DNA of 64,000 bases from Terriglobia bacterium (GCA_963664115.2 CAXWPJ010000009.1:832001-896000); one strand, 5' to 3'; counted from the stretch's first letter, positions 42,568-50,842 are shown. Numbers and translations: made by a program. Notes: a model not told the origin generated them from the letters alone.

Positions 42568-42799
42568 GTGAGGTTCACTCGGTATTTTGAGTCGATGCGT
42601 ATGCGACCTGACCGCGCAACGATTCGAGTGGATTGAAGCAGTTGTCCAAAATCCGGTCAAGGAAACGATTCAATCGGATGGCCGTATCCGTCGTTGGGCA
42701 GCGATACCGGAAATGGAAGACCGGTATTTGCGCGTTATACTTCTGGAAGATGGTGAGACCGTTCACAACGCATTCTTCGATCGCACATTTCAGCCATGA
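42568..42799 (+). pseudogene. Putative toxin (DUF4258/BrnT-like partner of DUF2283), frameshifted
   Basis: GTG-start frame MRFTRYFESMRMRPDRATIRVD stops, while EWIE...DGRIRRW...YLRVILLEDGETVHNAFFDR continues in another frame (shift near 42627). Confidence 0.7.
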
Positions 42800-42993
42800 A
42801 AGTTAAATACTTCAAAGACACGGACACGCTCTACATCGAGTTTCGCCCGGTTGATTCCGCAGAAACGCGAGACCTGGACGAGAACACTCTCCTGGAGATC
42901 GACCCGGAAGGAAAGATCTGCGGTATTACCATCGAGCATGCCAGCGAGCGAACCGATGTCCCGGAATTCTCGTTCGAAGAAATACCTGCCTGA
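42796..42993 (+). CDS. DUF2283 family protein (putative antitoxin)
   Basis: MKVKYFKDTDTLYIEF...GITIEHAS. ATGA overlap with the upstream gene. Confidence 0.85.
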   Translation: MKVKYFKDTDTLYIEFRPVDSAETRDLDENTLLEIDPEGKICGITIEHASERTDVPEFSFEEIPA

Positions 42994-43024
42994 CAGCGTC
43001 CCCGATCAACCCCTCTGCGCCCAC

Positions 43025-43093
43025 GAGCACTACCTCGACACGGTAGGGTCATCGGTTCGAGCCCGGTCGCGCCCATTCTCACTCACAGATCAA
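43025..43093 (+). repeat. Direct repeat of tRNA-Val 3' part plus downstream flank (att-like)
   Basis: Matches 42445-42514 except for one missing G. Confidence 0.92.
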
Positions 43094-43192
43094 TATTCAT
43101 GCCGGTTCCTCTCCGAACCAGTTCCCGCGCAACCCAAATCACGTTGTTGCGCAATGCTTGCCCGATTAATTCGCTAGGGATAGTCTTTGAGT

Positions 43193-43372
43193 ATGACGAA
43201 GTCGGTGGTTTCAACTTCAAATGACGTGATGGGCGGGACTCCTGTGTTCACTGGAACCCGCGTTCCCGTGCAGACGGTTTTCGACTATCTGGAGGCTGGA
43301 GACACCATTGACGAGTTTCTGGACGGGTTTCCGAGCGTTTCCCGTGACCCGGTCGTTCGGTTCCTCAAATGA
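43193..43372 (+). CDS. DUF433 antitoxin, copy 1 (C-terminally shortened, partner toxin absent)
   Basis: VMGGTPVFTGTRVPV...YLEAG..IDEFL..FP. About 10 aa shorter than copies 2 and 3. Confidence 0.8.
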   Translation: MTKSVVSTSNDVMGGTPVFTGTRVPVQTVFDYLEAGDTIDEFLDGFPSVSRDPVVRFLK

Positions 43373-43408
43373 AACCACGATCACGTTTGTATAGGCAGGA
43401 GGTAGGAA

Positions 43409-43500
43409 TTCGGGGACGGAGAACGAACTCAAATCGGTTTCCGCACAGTGGGACGACAGCCCAGGACGGGATGACCTTGAATCGGGTCTCCGTCCCCGAA
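43409..43500. repeat. Inverted repeat element (REP/MITE-like)
   Basis: TTCGGGGACGGAGA ... TCTCCGTCCCCGAA, 14-bp perfect arms. Confidence 0.7.
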
Positions 43501-43552
43501 CTTCAGAACTGTAAGCTTTGATGGATCCGTCGCTCAGGTAAGCGGTCTACTG

Positions 43553-43975
43553 CTAATCCCCCCAGGGCTTCATCTTGGAGGCGTCGAGGCCGCCGAGCTT
43601 GTCAACCTTGGTCCGCACGATCAGTCGCGTTTCGTCTGGAACGCGGAACGGATACTCGTCCAGGTCCATGAACTTCTTGGCCAGCTTGTCGATGTGCGCG
43701 TCGGCACCCTCCTCGCTGATCGTCGCCGTACCATAAAAGACCACGTATGAGCGCTCATTGCTCGGGTCCTGCGCGCTGATAATGATGCGCGGGTCGTTGC
43801 GCAGGTTCCTGGGTTTGAGCCGACCCTCGGACGTGTTAAAAACGACGTCGTCTCCTTCGACATCCAGCCAGACCAGGGTCACTTGCGACCTGCCCTTCGG
43901 ACTATAGGTGGTGACGTGGCCGTGGGCCTTGTCATTCAGAATGTTCTTCACAGCTTCGGGCAAAGTAATCGACAT
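43553..43975 (-). CDS. PPOX-class (putative F420-dependent) oxidoreductase
   Basis: GRSQVTLVW, FNT..GR.K.RNLRNDPR, HIDKLAKK. GGAGGA RBS upstream. Confidence 0.8.
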   Translation of the reverse strand: MSITLPEAVKNILNDKAHGHVTTYSPKGRSQVTLVWLDVEGDDVVFNTSEGRLKPRNLRNDPRIIISAQDPSNERSYVVFYGTATISEEGADAHIDKLAKKFMDLDEYPFRVPDETRLIVRTKVDKLGGLDASKMKPWGD

Positions 43976-44063
43976 ATCATTCCTCCTTGGAGCACCGAAA
44001 GTAACTCTAAGCTCCCTGTGCGTCAATAGCGGCTATTCGGAGTGGCGGAAATCTGGTGGGCCG

Positions 44064-44116
44064 AAAACCGGTTCATGCTCTCAGGGTCTGTCCCCAGAAT
44101 CACGACGGCTTACTTC
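44064..44116 (-). repeat. Degenerate copy of the 3' region of the sigma-54 activator gene
   Basis: AACCGGTTCATGCTCT...CCCAGAATCACGACGGCTT aligns with ~49875-49925. Confidence 0.65.
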
Positions 44117-44396
44117 AGACCAACTCCAAGCGCACCTCGCGGCCGATCACCGTGGCCGCTTTTTGCAGCGTGTTGAGCGTGACGGAATCGTTTTGAGGGT
44201 CTAGCAGGCGGTTGAGAGCCGCGCGGCTGGTGTGCATCCGGCGCGCCATTTCGGCCTTGGACAGGCCTTTCTCCTTCATCGCAGCTTCGACTTGGCGAGA
44301 GAGGACGCGTTTGATGGCAGTCGCGGCCACCTCTTCGTAGATTCCCTCTTCCCTCAACCAGCTATCGAAGGATGATCCGACGTTCTTTTTCTTCAT
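44115..44396 (-). CDS. HTH (XRE/Fis-like) antitoxin
   Basis: GSSFDSWLREEG...LSKAEMARRMHTSRAALNRLLDP...VTL.TL. Confidence 0.88.
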   Translation of the reverse strand: MKKKNVGSSFDSWLREEGIYEEVAATAIKRVLSRQVEAAMKEKGLSKAEMARRMHTSRAALNRLLDPQNDSVTLNTLQKAATVIGREVRLELV

Positions 44397-44749
44397 GCAC
44401 CGCCTCCTTTCTCTTACGTCGGAGCGCCAGGTCCAGATCCCGCTTCGGGGTCTTCGCCGTCTTCTTGACGAAGCCGTGCAGTAGCACCATCACGCCGAGC
44501 TCTTCGGTGAAGATCACGCGGGCGATCCGGCCACCGGCGAGGCGGCTACGGACCTCCCAGAGCCCCTTGCCCAGAGCACGCACCAATGGCATGCCGATCG
44601 GCCAGGCAAATTCAACATCCTTGATGTCCTCACCGATGCGTTTGCGGTCATCCGGTACCAGTCTTTGCAGCCATTCCCGAACAGGTTCGCGGCTACTGAC
44701 TGTTGGAGCGGTAAAAACGGGCCGGTAAACGTTTGAGACCCGGGTTCAA
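44362..44749 (-). pseudogene. RelE/HigB (Gp49-like) toxin, frameshifted by a 4-bp duplication
   Basis: LKRLPARFYRSNS / REPVREWL...WPIGMPLVR..GLWEVRS...LLHGFVKKT. ACTG-ACTG at 44695-44702 breaks the frame. Confidence 0.85.
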
Positions 44750-44755
44750 ATGTAA

Positions 44756-44775
44756 GCGTATCAATTTTGATACGC
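44756..44775. promoter_or_regulatory. Palindromic operator of TA module
   Basis: GCGTATCAA-TT-TTGATACGC directly upstream of the toxin start. Confidence 0.6.
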
Positions 44776-44800
44776 CCCGTCAACGATTGCGGTCGGATGG

Positions 44801-44848
44801 TTGCAGCGTGTTGAGCGTGACGGAATCGTTTCGGGTGTCTAGCGGGCG
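44801..44848. repeat. Direct repeat of antitoxin 3' region
   Basis: TTGCAGCGTGTTGAGCGTGACGGAATCGTTT is identical to 44163-44193, and similarity continues for about 17 bp. Confidence 0.8.
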
Positions 44849-44909
44849 CGCAGCAGTTCCCGGAACTTCTCAAAAGTTCTGGTCCATTCGAACCATCCCC
44901 GCAAAAGCA

Positions 44910-45977
44910 CTATTGCATGTAGCCGCGTTCCCGATAGTAGCGCGCTGCGCCCGGGTGCAGGGGGACTCCGAAAGCTCTCCAGACCGTGTGCGGATTATAG
45001 GAGTAACCGACGTTGACCCACTGCAGGAGATGCTGCTGTTCATCTATCGCTCGGGCCAGGGTATAGGCAAAATCATCGGGCATGTCATCCCGGCCGTAGA
45101 GCGCCGTTCCGGTGTGGGCCACGGCGGGAACCGGACGGTCCACTCCCCTGAACAGGCCGACGGGTATGGCTCTCTCCTCCAGATCGAACTCCTGTGCCAG
45201 TGTGGTCCGAAGGTCTTCGGGCAACTCCAGAAACCGGAGATCCAATTCCTGGTCCAGCTCAAGCCAGTCCGGGTAATGCCCCGATAGAGATCCAAAACCA
45301 ATCATGACGTCGAGAGTCTCGCCTGCTTCTGTGCTGTTTCCGGCGGGGCCTCCGAAAATTTCCACCGCTTCTTCACTCAGGCCGTAATAGTCCAGAACCG
45401 GAGGCGCGAAAGCCCGGCTTTGGTAATGCACGCGAACGCGAACGGGTGAGCCGTTTTCCTCGATCTGGCCGAGGTCTGTGATTCCCGAGTCGGCCTCCAC
45501 TGCGACCAGAAAGTAACTCGGTGTCTGGATGTTGGCGACCAGGCGCAAGCCCCTTCGCGGTCCCTCCGCATCGTCCGCATAATCATGGGTCCCCTCATAA
45601 GCCCACCAGAGGTAGTGCGGTCCCGTCGCGCCAAAATCCAGGGGCCCGTTCGGCGGCGGTGGTCGGTCACTCCCGGGCCGGGGTCTGGCTGGAACCTCTG
45701 CCCCCGCGACTAGCCGTGCTGCCCGCGCCGCACCCGCGCAACTGCGGCAAAGCTGAACATCCCAACCGTAGCCTGCCAGCGCTTCCCTGACCACCGTACC
45801 AATAGCGCCCCAACCCGAGGTCGGACCCGAGCCCCCGAACACCGGTTTCCTCGCCCCATAGCCCGTTTCGTCCGACCCCGTCTGTTGCATTGCCCCGGCC
45901 GGGACACTCGCGAGAAGCATCAGGGATGCCAATACAACCAGGGTCGTACAAACGGCGCTCAAACGCAGTGAACGCAT
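44910..45977 (-). CDS. TAXI-family TRAP solute-binding protein-like
   Basis: Signal peptide, SGITDL, DMPDDFAYTLARAI, GVPLHPGAARYYRERG. Confidence 0.78.
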   Translation of the reverse strand: MRSLRLSAVCTTLVVLASLMLLASVPAGAMQQTGSDETGYGARKPVFGGSGPTSGWGAIGTVVREALAGYGWDVQLCRSCAGAARAARLVAGAEVPARPRPGSDRPPPPNGPLDFGATGPHYLWWAYEGTHDYADDAEGPRRGLRLVANIQTPSYFLVAVEADSGITDLGQIEENGSPVRVRVHYQSRAFAPPVLDYYGLSEEAVEIFGGPAGNSTEAGETLDVMIGFGSLSGHYPDWLELDQELDLRFLELPEDLRTTLAQEFDLEERAIPVGLFRGVDRPVPAVAHTGTALYGRDDMPDDFAYTLARAIDEQQHLLQWVNVGYSYNPHTVWRAFGVPLHPGAARYYRERGYMQ

Positions 45978-46143
45978 AAGGTCCCCCTCCAATTCCAAAG
46001 TAAATGACGCACCGTGGAAGCTGGCATTGTAATTGTTTCTGGGAATGATCGGCCACCGATTCCTGTGGTTTCGGGGTCATGCAGTCCAGAATTTATGTTC
46101 CACGATGCTTGCCCGATTGAGTCGCTGGGCATAGTCTTTGGTT

Positions 46144-46353
46144 ATGATTCAGGCTATCGTCTCGACTTCGGATGACGTGATGGGCGGGACGCCTGTATTC
46201 AGGGGAACCCGCGTTCCCGTGCAGACGCTTTTTGACTATCTGGAGGCCGGAGACACCATTGACGACTTTCTGGATGGATTTCCGAACGTTTCCCGCGACC
46301 AGATTGTTGCATTTCTCGAAGCCGCCCGTGTCCGGATTCTTCCGAATTCTTGA
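46144..46353 (+). CDS. DUF433 antitoxin, copy 2
   Basis: Near-identical to copy 3. Part of a 311-bp duplication (46095-46405 vs 49225-49535). Confidence 0.85.
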   Translation: MIQAIVSTSDDVMGGTPVFRGTRVPVQTLFDYLEAGDTIDDFLDGFPNVSRDQIVAFLEAARVRILPNS

Positions 46354-46362
46354 TGAAGTGAA

Positions 46363-46405
46363 GTGAAACTACTTCTCGACGAGTGCGTCGATCATCGTCT
46401 CGCCA
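46363..46405 (+). pseudogene. DUF5615 PIN toxin 5' fragment
   Basis: Encodes MKLLLDECVDHRLA, then similarity to 49493-49813 ends abruptly. Confidence 0.8.
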
Positions 46406-46763
46406 GGGAAGACTGATTTCCACCTGCAAACTCCAGAACCCTCTCGGCAATTTCACGCTGAGTCTGGGGTTCGGCCCTCCAGTAGTCTGGCCGACGTTTC
46501 AGGTGAGCGATCGCTACCACGACGATCGCGTCCTCTGAAAGACGGTATACGACTTGATACGGGAATCGTTCAACCAGCACGCGTCGCGTCCGGCGATTGG
46601 AAGGCGGTGTGCCTATTTCAGGTTGAGCTTGAATGAAAGCTGTTGCGGCAACGACGGCATCGAAGAATTCGCCACCTAGTCCGGGACGTTGCTCCTCGTA
46701 CCAGCGTACGGCAGCTGAAAATTATTCGCTGGCTGCTTTGAGGTTTCGTAGGGTCCGAGTCAA
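46392..46763 (-). pseudogene. ParE/RelE toxin with internal stop
   Basis: MTRTLRNLKAASE, TAA at 46722-46724, then FSAAVRWYEEQRPGLGGEFF...RFPYQVVY...AIAHLKRRPDYW. TTGA coupling to the antitoxin. Confidence 0.85.
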
Positions 46764-46996
46764 CGGCCAAGGATATCGGTCGCAATACGACGCTTGGCGT
46801 TCTCCCAGGATTCCAGCCGCTCAGTGCCCGCCTCAAGTGCGTTCACTCGTCGCTCGATCTCCTCGGCCCATGCAGTCGCAGCATCCGGGTCAGAAGGGCC
46901 ATCCAGGCTCGCGAGCAACTGGGCTGCAAGTTCGGCGCGAGCTCTTTCATCCAACCGAAGGGCATCGGCAAGGAGGGATTCAGTGGCCTGCGTCAT
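46760..46996 (-). CDS. Addiction-module antitoxin (TIGR02574-like)
   Basis: ALRL...RAELA..LLASL...AWAEEIERR...G.....W. Confidence 0.85.
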   Translation of the reverse strand: MTQATESLLADALRLDERARAELAAQLLASLDGPSDPDAATAWAEEIERRVNALEAGTERLESWENAKRRIATDILGR

Positions 46997-47065
46997 TGCC
47001 CTATTTTACGCCGCCTTCCCGCGCCCAACAAGGATTGACGATCCCAGGCTTTCGAAACTCAACCG

Positions 47066-47133
47066 CACTACATATCCAACCTGTCCAAAAACCGGTTCAT
47101 GCTCTTAGGGTAGATGCCCGCACATACAGAACA
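47066..47133 (-). repeat. Displaced 3' end of the sigma-54 activator gene plus conserved extension
   Basis: Encodes GIYPKSMNRFLDRLDM* versus native [16 protein letters not shown]. Shares GCACAT(A/G)CAGAACA with the 47862 copy. Confidence 0.88.
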
Positions 47134-47142
47134 ATTGGACTG

Positions 47143-47160
47143 TATGTCATATGTGACATA
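47143..47160. promoter_or_regulatory. Palindromic operator of TA module
   Basis: TATGTCA-TATG-TGACATA upstream of the toxin pseudogene. Confidence 0.6.
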
Positions 47161-47173
47161 TACTGTTTTCTGG

Positions 47174-47486
47174 ACGAGCCCGACCGACAAGCCACTTGTA
47201 TGGCTGCATGGTGAGGTCAAAAGCCCGCATCGAAGTTGGATACCTCCTTCGGAAACTTCAACGAGGTGATCGTCTGTCGATGCCCAGATCGAGACCCATG
47301 CCTGTCATCGGATCCCGATGCCACGAATTGCGCGTTCAGGATGAAAGTGAAACGTGGTGATTCCTGTACCGGACCGACCCGGACGCGATAGTAATCGTGG
47401 AAGTATTCAGCAAGAAGACGGGACAAACACCTAAGAAAATTATAGAAGTGTGCCGTCAGCGTCTGAAGGATTACGACAATGCGTGA
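47174..47486 (+). pseudogene. RelE/HigB (Gp49-like) toxin with several lesions
   Basis: ACG in place of a start, SPTDKPLVWLHGEVKSP, a frameshifting deletion, RIEVGYLLRKLQRG...RCHELRV, in-frame TGA at 47358-47360, then EVFSKKT. Confidence 0.85.
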
Positions 47487-47811
47487 ATCAAAAAAGAAAC
47501 GTTTAGCGGCAAAAGGGTGGCGAACGGGAACCACTGACGCATTTCTTGAGCTGAGCTCTGAGGAGTCTGCTTACATTGAGCTAAAGCTCAACTTGAGCGC
47601 CCAGCTTAAGAAGCAGCGCAAGCGAAAACAACTGACCCAGCTCAAGGCGGCCCAGCTCCTGGGGTCGAGCCAGTCTCGGGTAGCCAAGATGGAAGCAGGT
47701 GATCCGTCTGTATCGATTGACCTGCTCATCCGCTCTCTGCTTGCTCTGGGTGCGACTTCAAAAGAACTTGGAAGAATCGTCGGCTCTCCCCAGAAGTCGT
47801 TAGCGAGCTAG
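47479..47811 (+). CDS. HTH (XRE) antitoxin
   Basis: KRLAAKGW...FLELS.EE...LTQ..AA..LGSSQSRVAKMEAGDPSVSIDLL. Confidence 0.88.
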   Translation: MRESKKKRLAAKGWRTGTTDAFLELSSEESAYIELKLNLSAQLKKQRKRKQLTQLKAAQLLGSSQSRVAKMEAGDPSVSIDLLIRSLLALGATSKELGRIVGSPQKSLAS

Positions 47812-47861
47812 AGCAGACGGGGCTTGCTTCGAAAATGCTTCGGACGCGCGGAGCAGGCAAG

Positions 47862-47928
47862 ACTACATATCCAACCTCTCCAAAAGCCGGTTCATGCTCT
47901 TAGGGTAGATGCCCGCACATGCAGAACA
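47862..47928 (-). repeat. Displaced 3' end of the sigma-54 activator gene plus conserved extension
   Basis: Encodes [16 protein letters not shown]. Near-identical to 47066-47133. Confidence 0.88.
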
Positions 47929-47969
47929 TCGATACGCCGACTGTCGATGAGTGTCGGGGGCCTACGGGC

Positions 47970-48560
47970 CTACGGGCCTACCAGCGATAGAAGCGGTAAC
48001 AAATCACCGCCGTCAGCGGCCCTCAGGGCGGCAATGTATTGTGCGCGACGATCCCCGATGGACTGAAGGTCATGGCCTGCGGTCCAGTCTATTGGGGCGT
48101 GCCTGAAGCGCTCTTTGAGATAGACATTGGCAGCAATCCGGGCATGGCGTCCGTTGCCGTTTGGAAATAGGTGAATTTGCACCATGCGGTGATGGAAGCG
48201 AACAGCGGCTTCCAAGGGCGGGTACGTGTCGTTTTCGGACCAGTAACGGGCGTCGTCCAGGAGCATTCGAAGCTGAACGGCGATCTGTTCCGGCTCGACG
48301 CCAATGGTCTTTTCGGTAAGCCTGTAGGTGCCGGCCCAATTCCAAACCTGCCCGAAAAGGCGACGATGCAATTCGCGCACAAACGGCTCCTCTAGAATGT
48401 CCGTATTGGAGCGCTCCAGCCAGGCTAAGCCGTCCTGAATGTTCGACTGTTCCAGCTGGTCCAGTTCGCCACGGATAGTGACGTGCTTGAACTTCAGTCC
48501 TTCAAATTCGTCGGGATCAACGGGTGTTGCCCCGTCGGGCTCGTCACTGATCGGCATCAC
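47970..48560 (-). CDS. Mobile mystery protein B (Fic domain)
   Basis: GATPVDPDE..GL, LHRRLFG.VW.WAG.YR, Fic motif HLFPNGNGRHAR. Confidence 0.9.
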   Translation of the reverse strand: MMPISDEPDGATPVDPDEFEGLKFKHVTIRGELDQLEQSNIQDGLAWLERSNTDILEEPFVRELHRRLFGQVWNWAGTYRLTEKTIGVEPEQIAVQLRMLLDDARYWSENDTYPPLEAAVRFHHRMVQIHLFPNGNGRHARIAANVYLKERFRHAPIDWTAGHDLQSIGDRRAQYIAALRAADGGDLLPLLSLVGP

Positions 48561-49027
48561 CTATCAACCCAGAGATCGGACGGCATGGCCCGTGTCATTT
48601 CCCGGGCGATGCGTTCGATTTCATCCATGTTTTGCAATTCGGACAAAGACTGGCCTTCTAGCGCCATTTGGTTGCTGGCCTGGGTGACAAGCGCCTTGGC
48701 CTTTCTTCGCGCCTGGGCGGCAATGACTTCTTCGATCTCGCCTTTCGGCACGACCGAGTATACAAATCGGCAGCCCATGGCCTCGGCCACGGCGTGCATT
48801 GTTCTCAGCGTGACTCCGCCACCAGTTTCGGCCCTCTCTGCCTGGGAAACACGTGCGCGCGTGACGCCAAGCCGTTTCGCGAGTTGGGCCCCGGACATGC
48901 CGAGTGCCTTGCGAACGGTCGCTATCCAGCCCTCAGGGGGCACACTTGTCCCTTGCAGGCCGAACTGGCGAGCTGTGCGATTGACGATTGCCCGATACTG
49001 GCTGGCTGCGGTGGCTCTAACGCTCAT
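48557..49027 (-). CDS. Mobile mystery protein A (HTH)
   Basis: PPEGWIATVRKALGMSGAQLAKRLGV...MALEGQ. Coupled to protein B. Confidence 0.9.
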   Translation of the reverse strand: MSVRATAASQYRAIVNRTARQFGLQGTSVPPEGWIATVRKALGMSGAQLAKRLGVTRARVSQAERAETGGGVTLRTMHAVAEAMGCRFVYSVVPKGEIEEVIAAQARRKAKALVTQASNQMALEGQSLSELQNMDEIERIAREMTRAMPSDLWVDR

Positions 49028-49273
49028 TGTGTTAACCTTTTATGCAAATGAAATGCAATATCTGTATACATATATATATACGTATCAGAACTATATGTAA
49101 ATATAACTATTAACATAATAGCTAACATCGTCAATATATAACTAAACATATCTGGTGTGCGTCTCGTACAGCCTGCTGAAGCTAGAGGTCTGGGCGCGGG
49201 ACGCGGTCACGCGGTCCACATATAATGTTCCACGATGCTTGCCCGATTAAGTCGCACGGCGTAGTCTTTGGAT

Positions 49274-49483
49274 ATGACCGAGTCGATCGTCTCAACTTCG
49301 GATGACGTGATGGGCGGAACGCCTGTATTCAGGGGGACCCGCGTCCCCGTGCAGACGCTTTTTGACTATCTGGAGGCGGGAGACAGCATTGACGAGTTTC
49401 TGGACGGATTCCCGAGCGTTTCCCGCGACCAGATTGTTGCATTTCTCGAAGCCGCCCGTGTCCGGATTCTTCCGAATTCTTGA
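49274..49483 (+). CDS. DUF433 antitoxin, copy 3
   Basis: VMGGTPVFRGTRVPVQTLFDYLEAG. Preceded by TTGCCC-17 nt-TAGTCT, shared by all three copies. Confidence 0.88.
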   Translation: MTESIVSTSDDVMGGTPVFRGTRVPVQTLFDYLEAGDSIDEFLDGFPSVSRDQIVAFLEAARVRILPNS

Positions 49484-49492
49484 TGAAGTGAA

Positions 49493-49813
49493 GTGAAACT
49501 ACTTCTCGACGAGTGCGTCGATCATCGCCTCGCCAAAGACAGCGTTGGTCACGAGACTCGAACCGTCAATCAAATGGGCTGGAGTGGTACCGAAAACGGA
49601 GCCCTTCTCACTCTGGCAGCCGCCGAGTTTGATGGGTTCATCACGACTGATCGCAATCTTGCCTTTCAGCAAAACATTCAGCAGTTTAAAATTGGTGTCA
49701 TCGTTCTGGAAGCTCGGAGCAATCGCCTGGATGAACTTCGGCGCTTAGTTCCAGCACTTCTCGAGGCGCTAGGGCTCCTCCGCGCCGGTGAAACCCGTAA
49801 GCTTGACCTCTAA
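49493..49813 (+). CDS. DUF5615 PIN-like toxin (apparently intact)
   Basis: MKLLLDECV, GWSG.ENG.LL..A, FITTDRNL..QQN. Confidence 0.85.
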   Translation: MKLLLDECVDHRLAKDSVGHETRTVNQMGWSGTENGALLTLAAAEFDGFITTDRNLAFQQNIQQFKIGVIVLEARSNRLDELRRLVPALLEALGLLRAGETRKLDL

Positions 49814-49852
49814 CAAATCCTTGAGGTCCTAAGCTGAGCTTGGCGAACACCA

Positions 49853-50842
49853 CTACATATCCAACCTCTCCAGCAACCGGCTCATGCTCTTCGGATGGAT
49901 TCCCAGAATGACGGCGGCTTGTTTCCGGTTGCCGTCGGTCAGCTCCAGGACGTTTTCGACGAACTCCCGCTTGGTCGCCAACACGACTTCCTCTAGTGTT
50001 TGGGGCAGATTGGGAGCACGGTCCGAAGCTTCGGAATCACCGCGTGATGGCGCCTTCAAATACTCCGGCAAATCTTCAACACCAATAGTCTCCGAAGACC
50101 CCAGGACCATCGCCTGCTCGATCGCGTTGCCGAGTTGCCGGACGTTCCCGGGCCAGTCGTAGCGCGCGAGAAAAACGCCGGCCTCAGGGGAAATCTCACG
50201 AGGCCGCACGCCGCACTCCCGCGCATACTTCTCAACAAAATGCCGCGCCAACACGGGAATGTCTTCTCTCCGCTCCCTCAGCGGCGGCGTCTCAACGTAA
50301 AGGACGTTCAACCGATAGTAGAGGTCTTCGCGAAACTCACCGGCGCCGACGGCCACTTCAAGATCGCGGTTGGTCGCGGCCACCAGACGGATATCCACCG
50401 GGACAGGCCGACGCCCACCAACCCTGTCGATTTCACGTTCCTGCAAGGCACGGAGTAGCTTGGCTTGAATGCGAGCGCCCAGTTCCCCGACTTCATCCAG
50501 AAACAATGTCCCGCCCGAGGCCAGCTCGAACTTCCCCTGCTTTTGCCGATCGGCTCCGGTAAAGGCGCCGCGCTCGTGACCAAAGAGCTCGCTTTCGAGC
50601 AAATCTTCAGATAACGCCGCGCAATTGACGGCCACGAACGGGCCGCCCCGACGCCGGCTATTACCATGCAGCGCCCGCGCCACCAGTTCCTTTCCGGTGC
50701 CGCTTTCCCCCGCTACGAGGACCGTGGAGTTTGTGCGAGCGGTCCGGGCTATAAATTCCACCAGGCGACGCATAGGACGGCTGTCGCCCACCATGTCGTG
50801 GTCGATGGCAATGCCCGCACCCAAAGCGGAACCTCTGCTCAC
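49853..50842 (-). CDS. Sigma-54-dependent activator (AAA+ and Fis HTH, no sensory domain)
   Basis: [40 protein letters not shown]-terminal HTH. Confidence 0.93.
   Translation of the reverse strand: MSRGSALGAGIAIDHDMVGDSRPMRRLVEFIARTARTNSTVLVAGESGTGKELVARALHGNSRRRGGPFVAVNCAALSEDLLESELFGHERGAFTGADRQKQGKFELASGGTLFLDEVGELGARIQAKLLRALQEREIDRVGGRRPVPVDIRLVAATNRDLEVAVGAGEFREDLYYRLNVLYVETPPLRERREDIPVLARHFVEKYARECGVRPREISPEAGVFLARYDWPGNVRQLGNAIEQAMVLGSSETIGVEDLPEYLKAPSRGDSEASDRAPNLPQTLEEVVLATKREFVENVLELTDGNRKQAAVILGIHPKSMSRLLERLDM

Noticed and set aside
43025-43076. Second functional tRNA-Val
   Set aside because: It lacks the 5' acceptor strand and most of the D-arm, and has a 1-nt deletion.
49050-49150. 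AT-rich tract as a replication origin
   Set aside because: No iterons, DnaA boxes or rep gene. Better explained as the promoter/operator region of the mobile mystery pair.
42500-49850. Integron cassette array
   Set aside because: I found no convincing attC sites (RYYYAAC...GTTRRRY with matching boxes) and no intI. Cassettes lie in both orientations.
47066-49904. CRISPR array from the recurring ~55-bp repeat
   Set aside because: Spacing is 0.8-2 kb with whole genes between copies, the repeat is coding-derived, and no cas genes are present.
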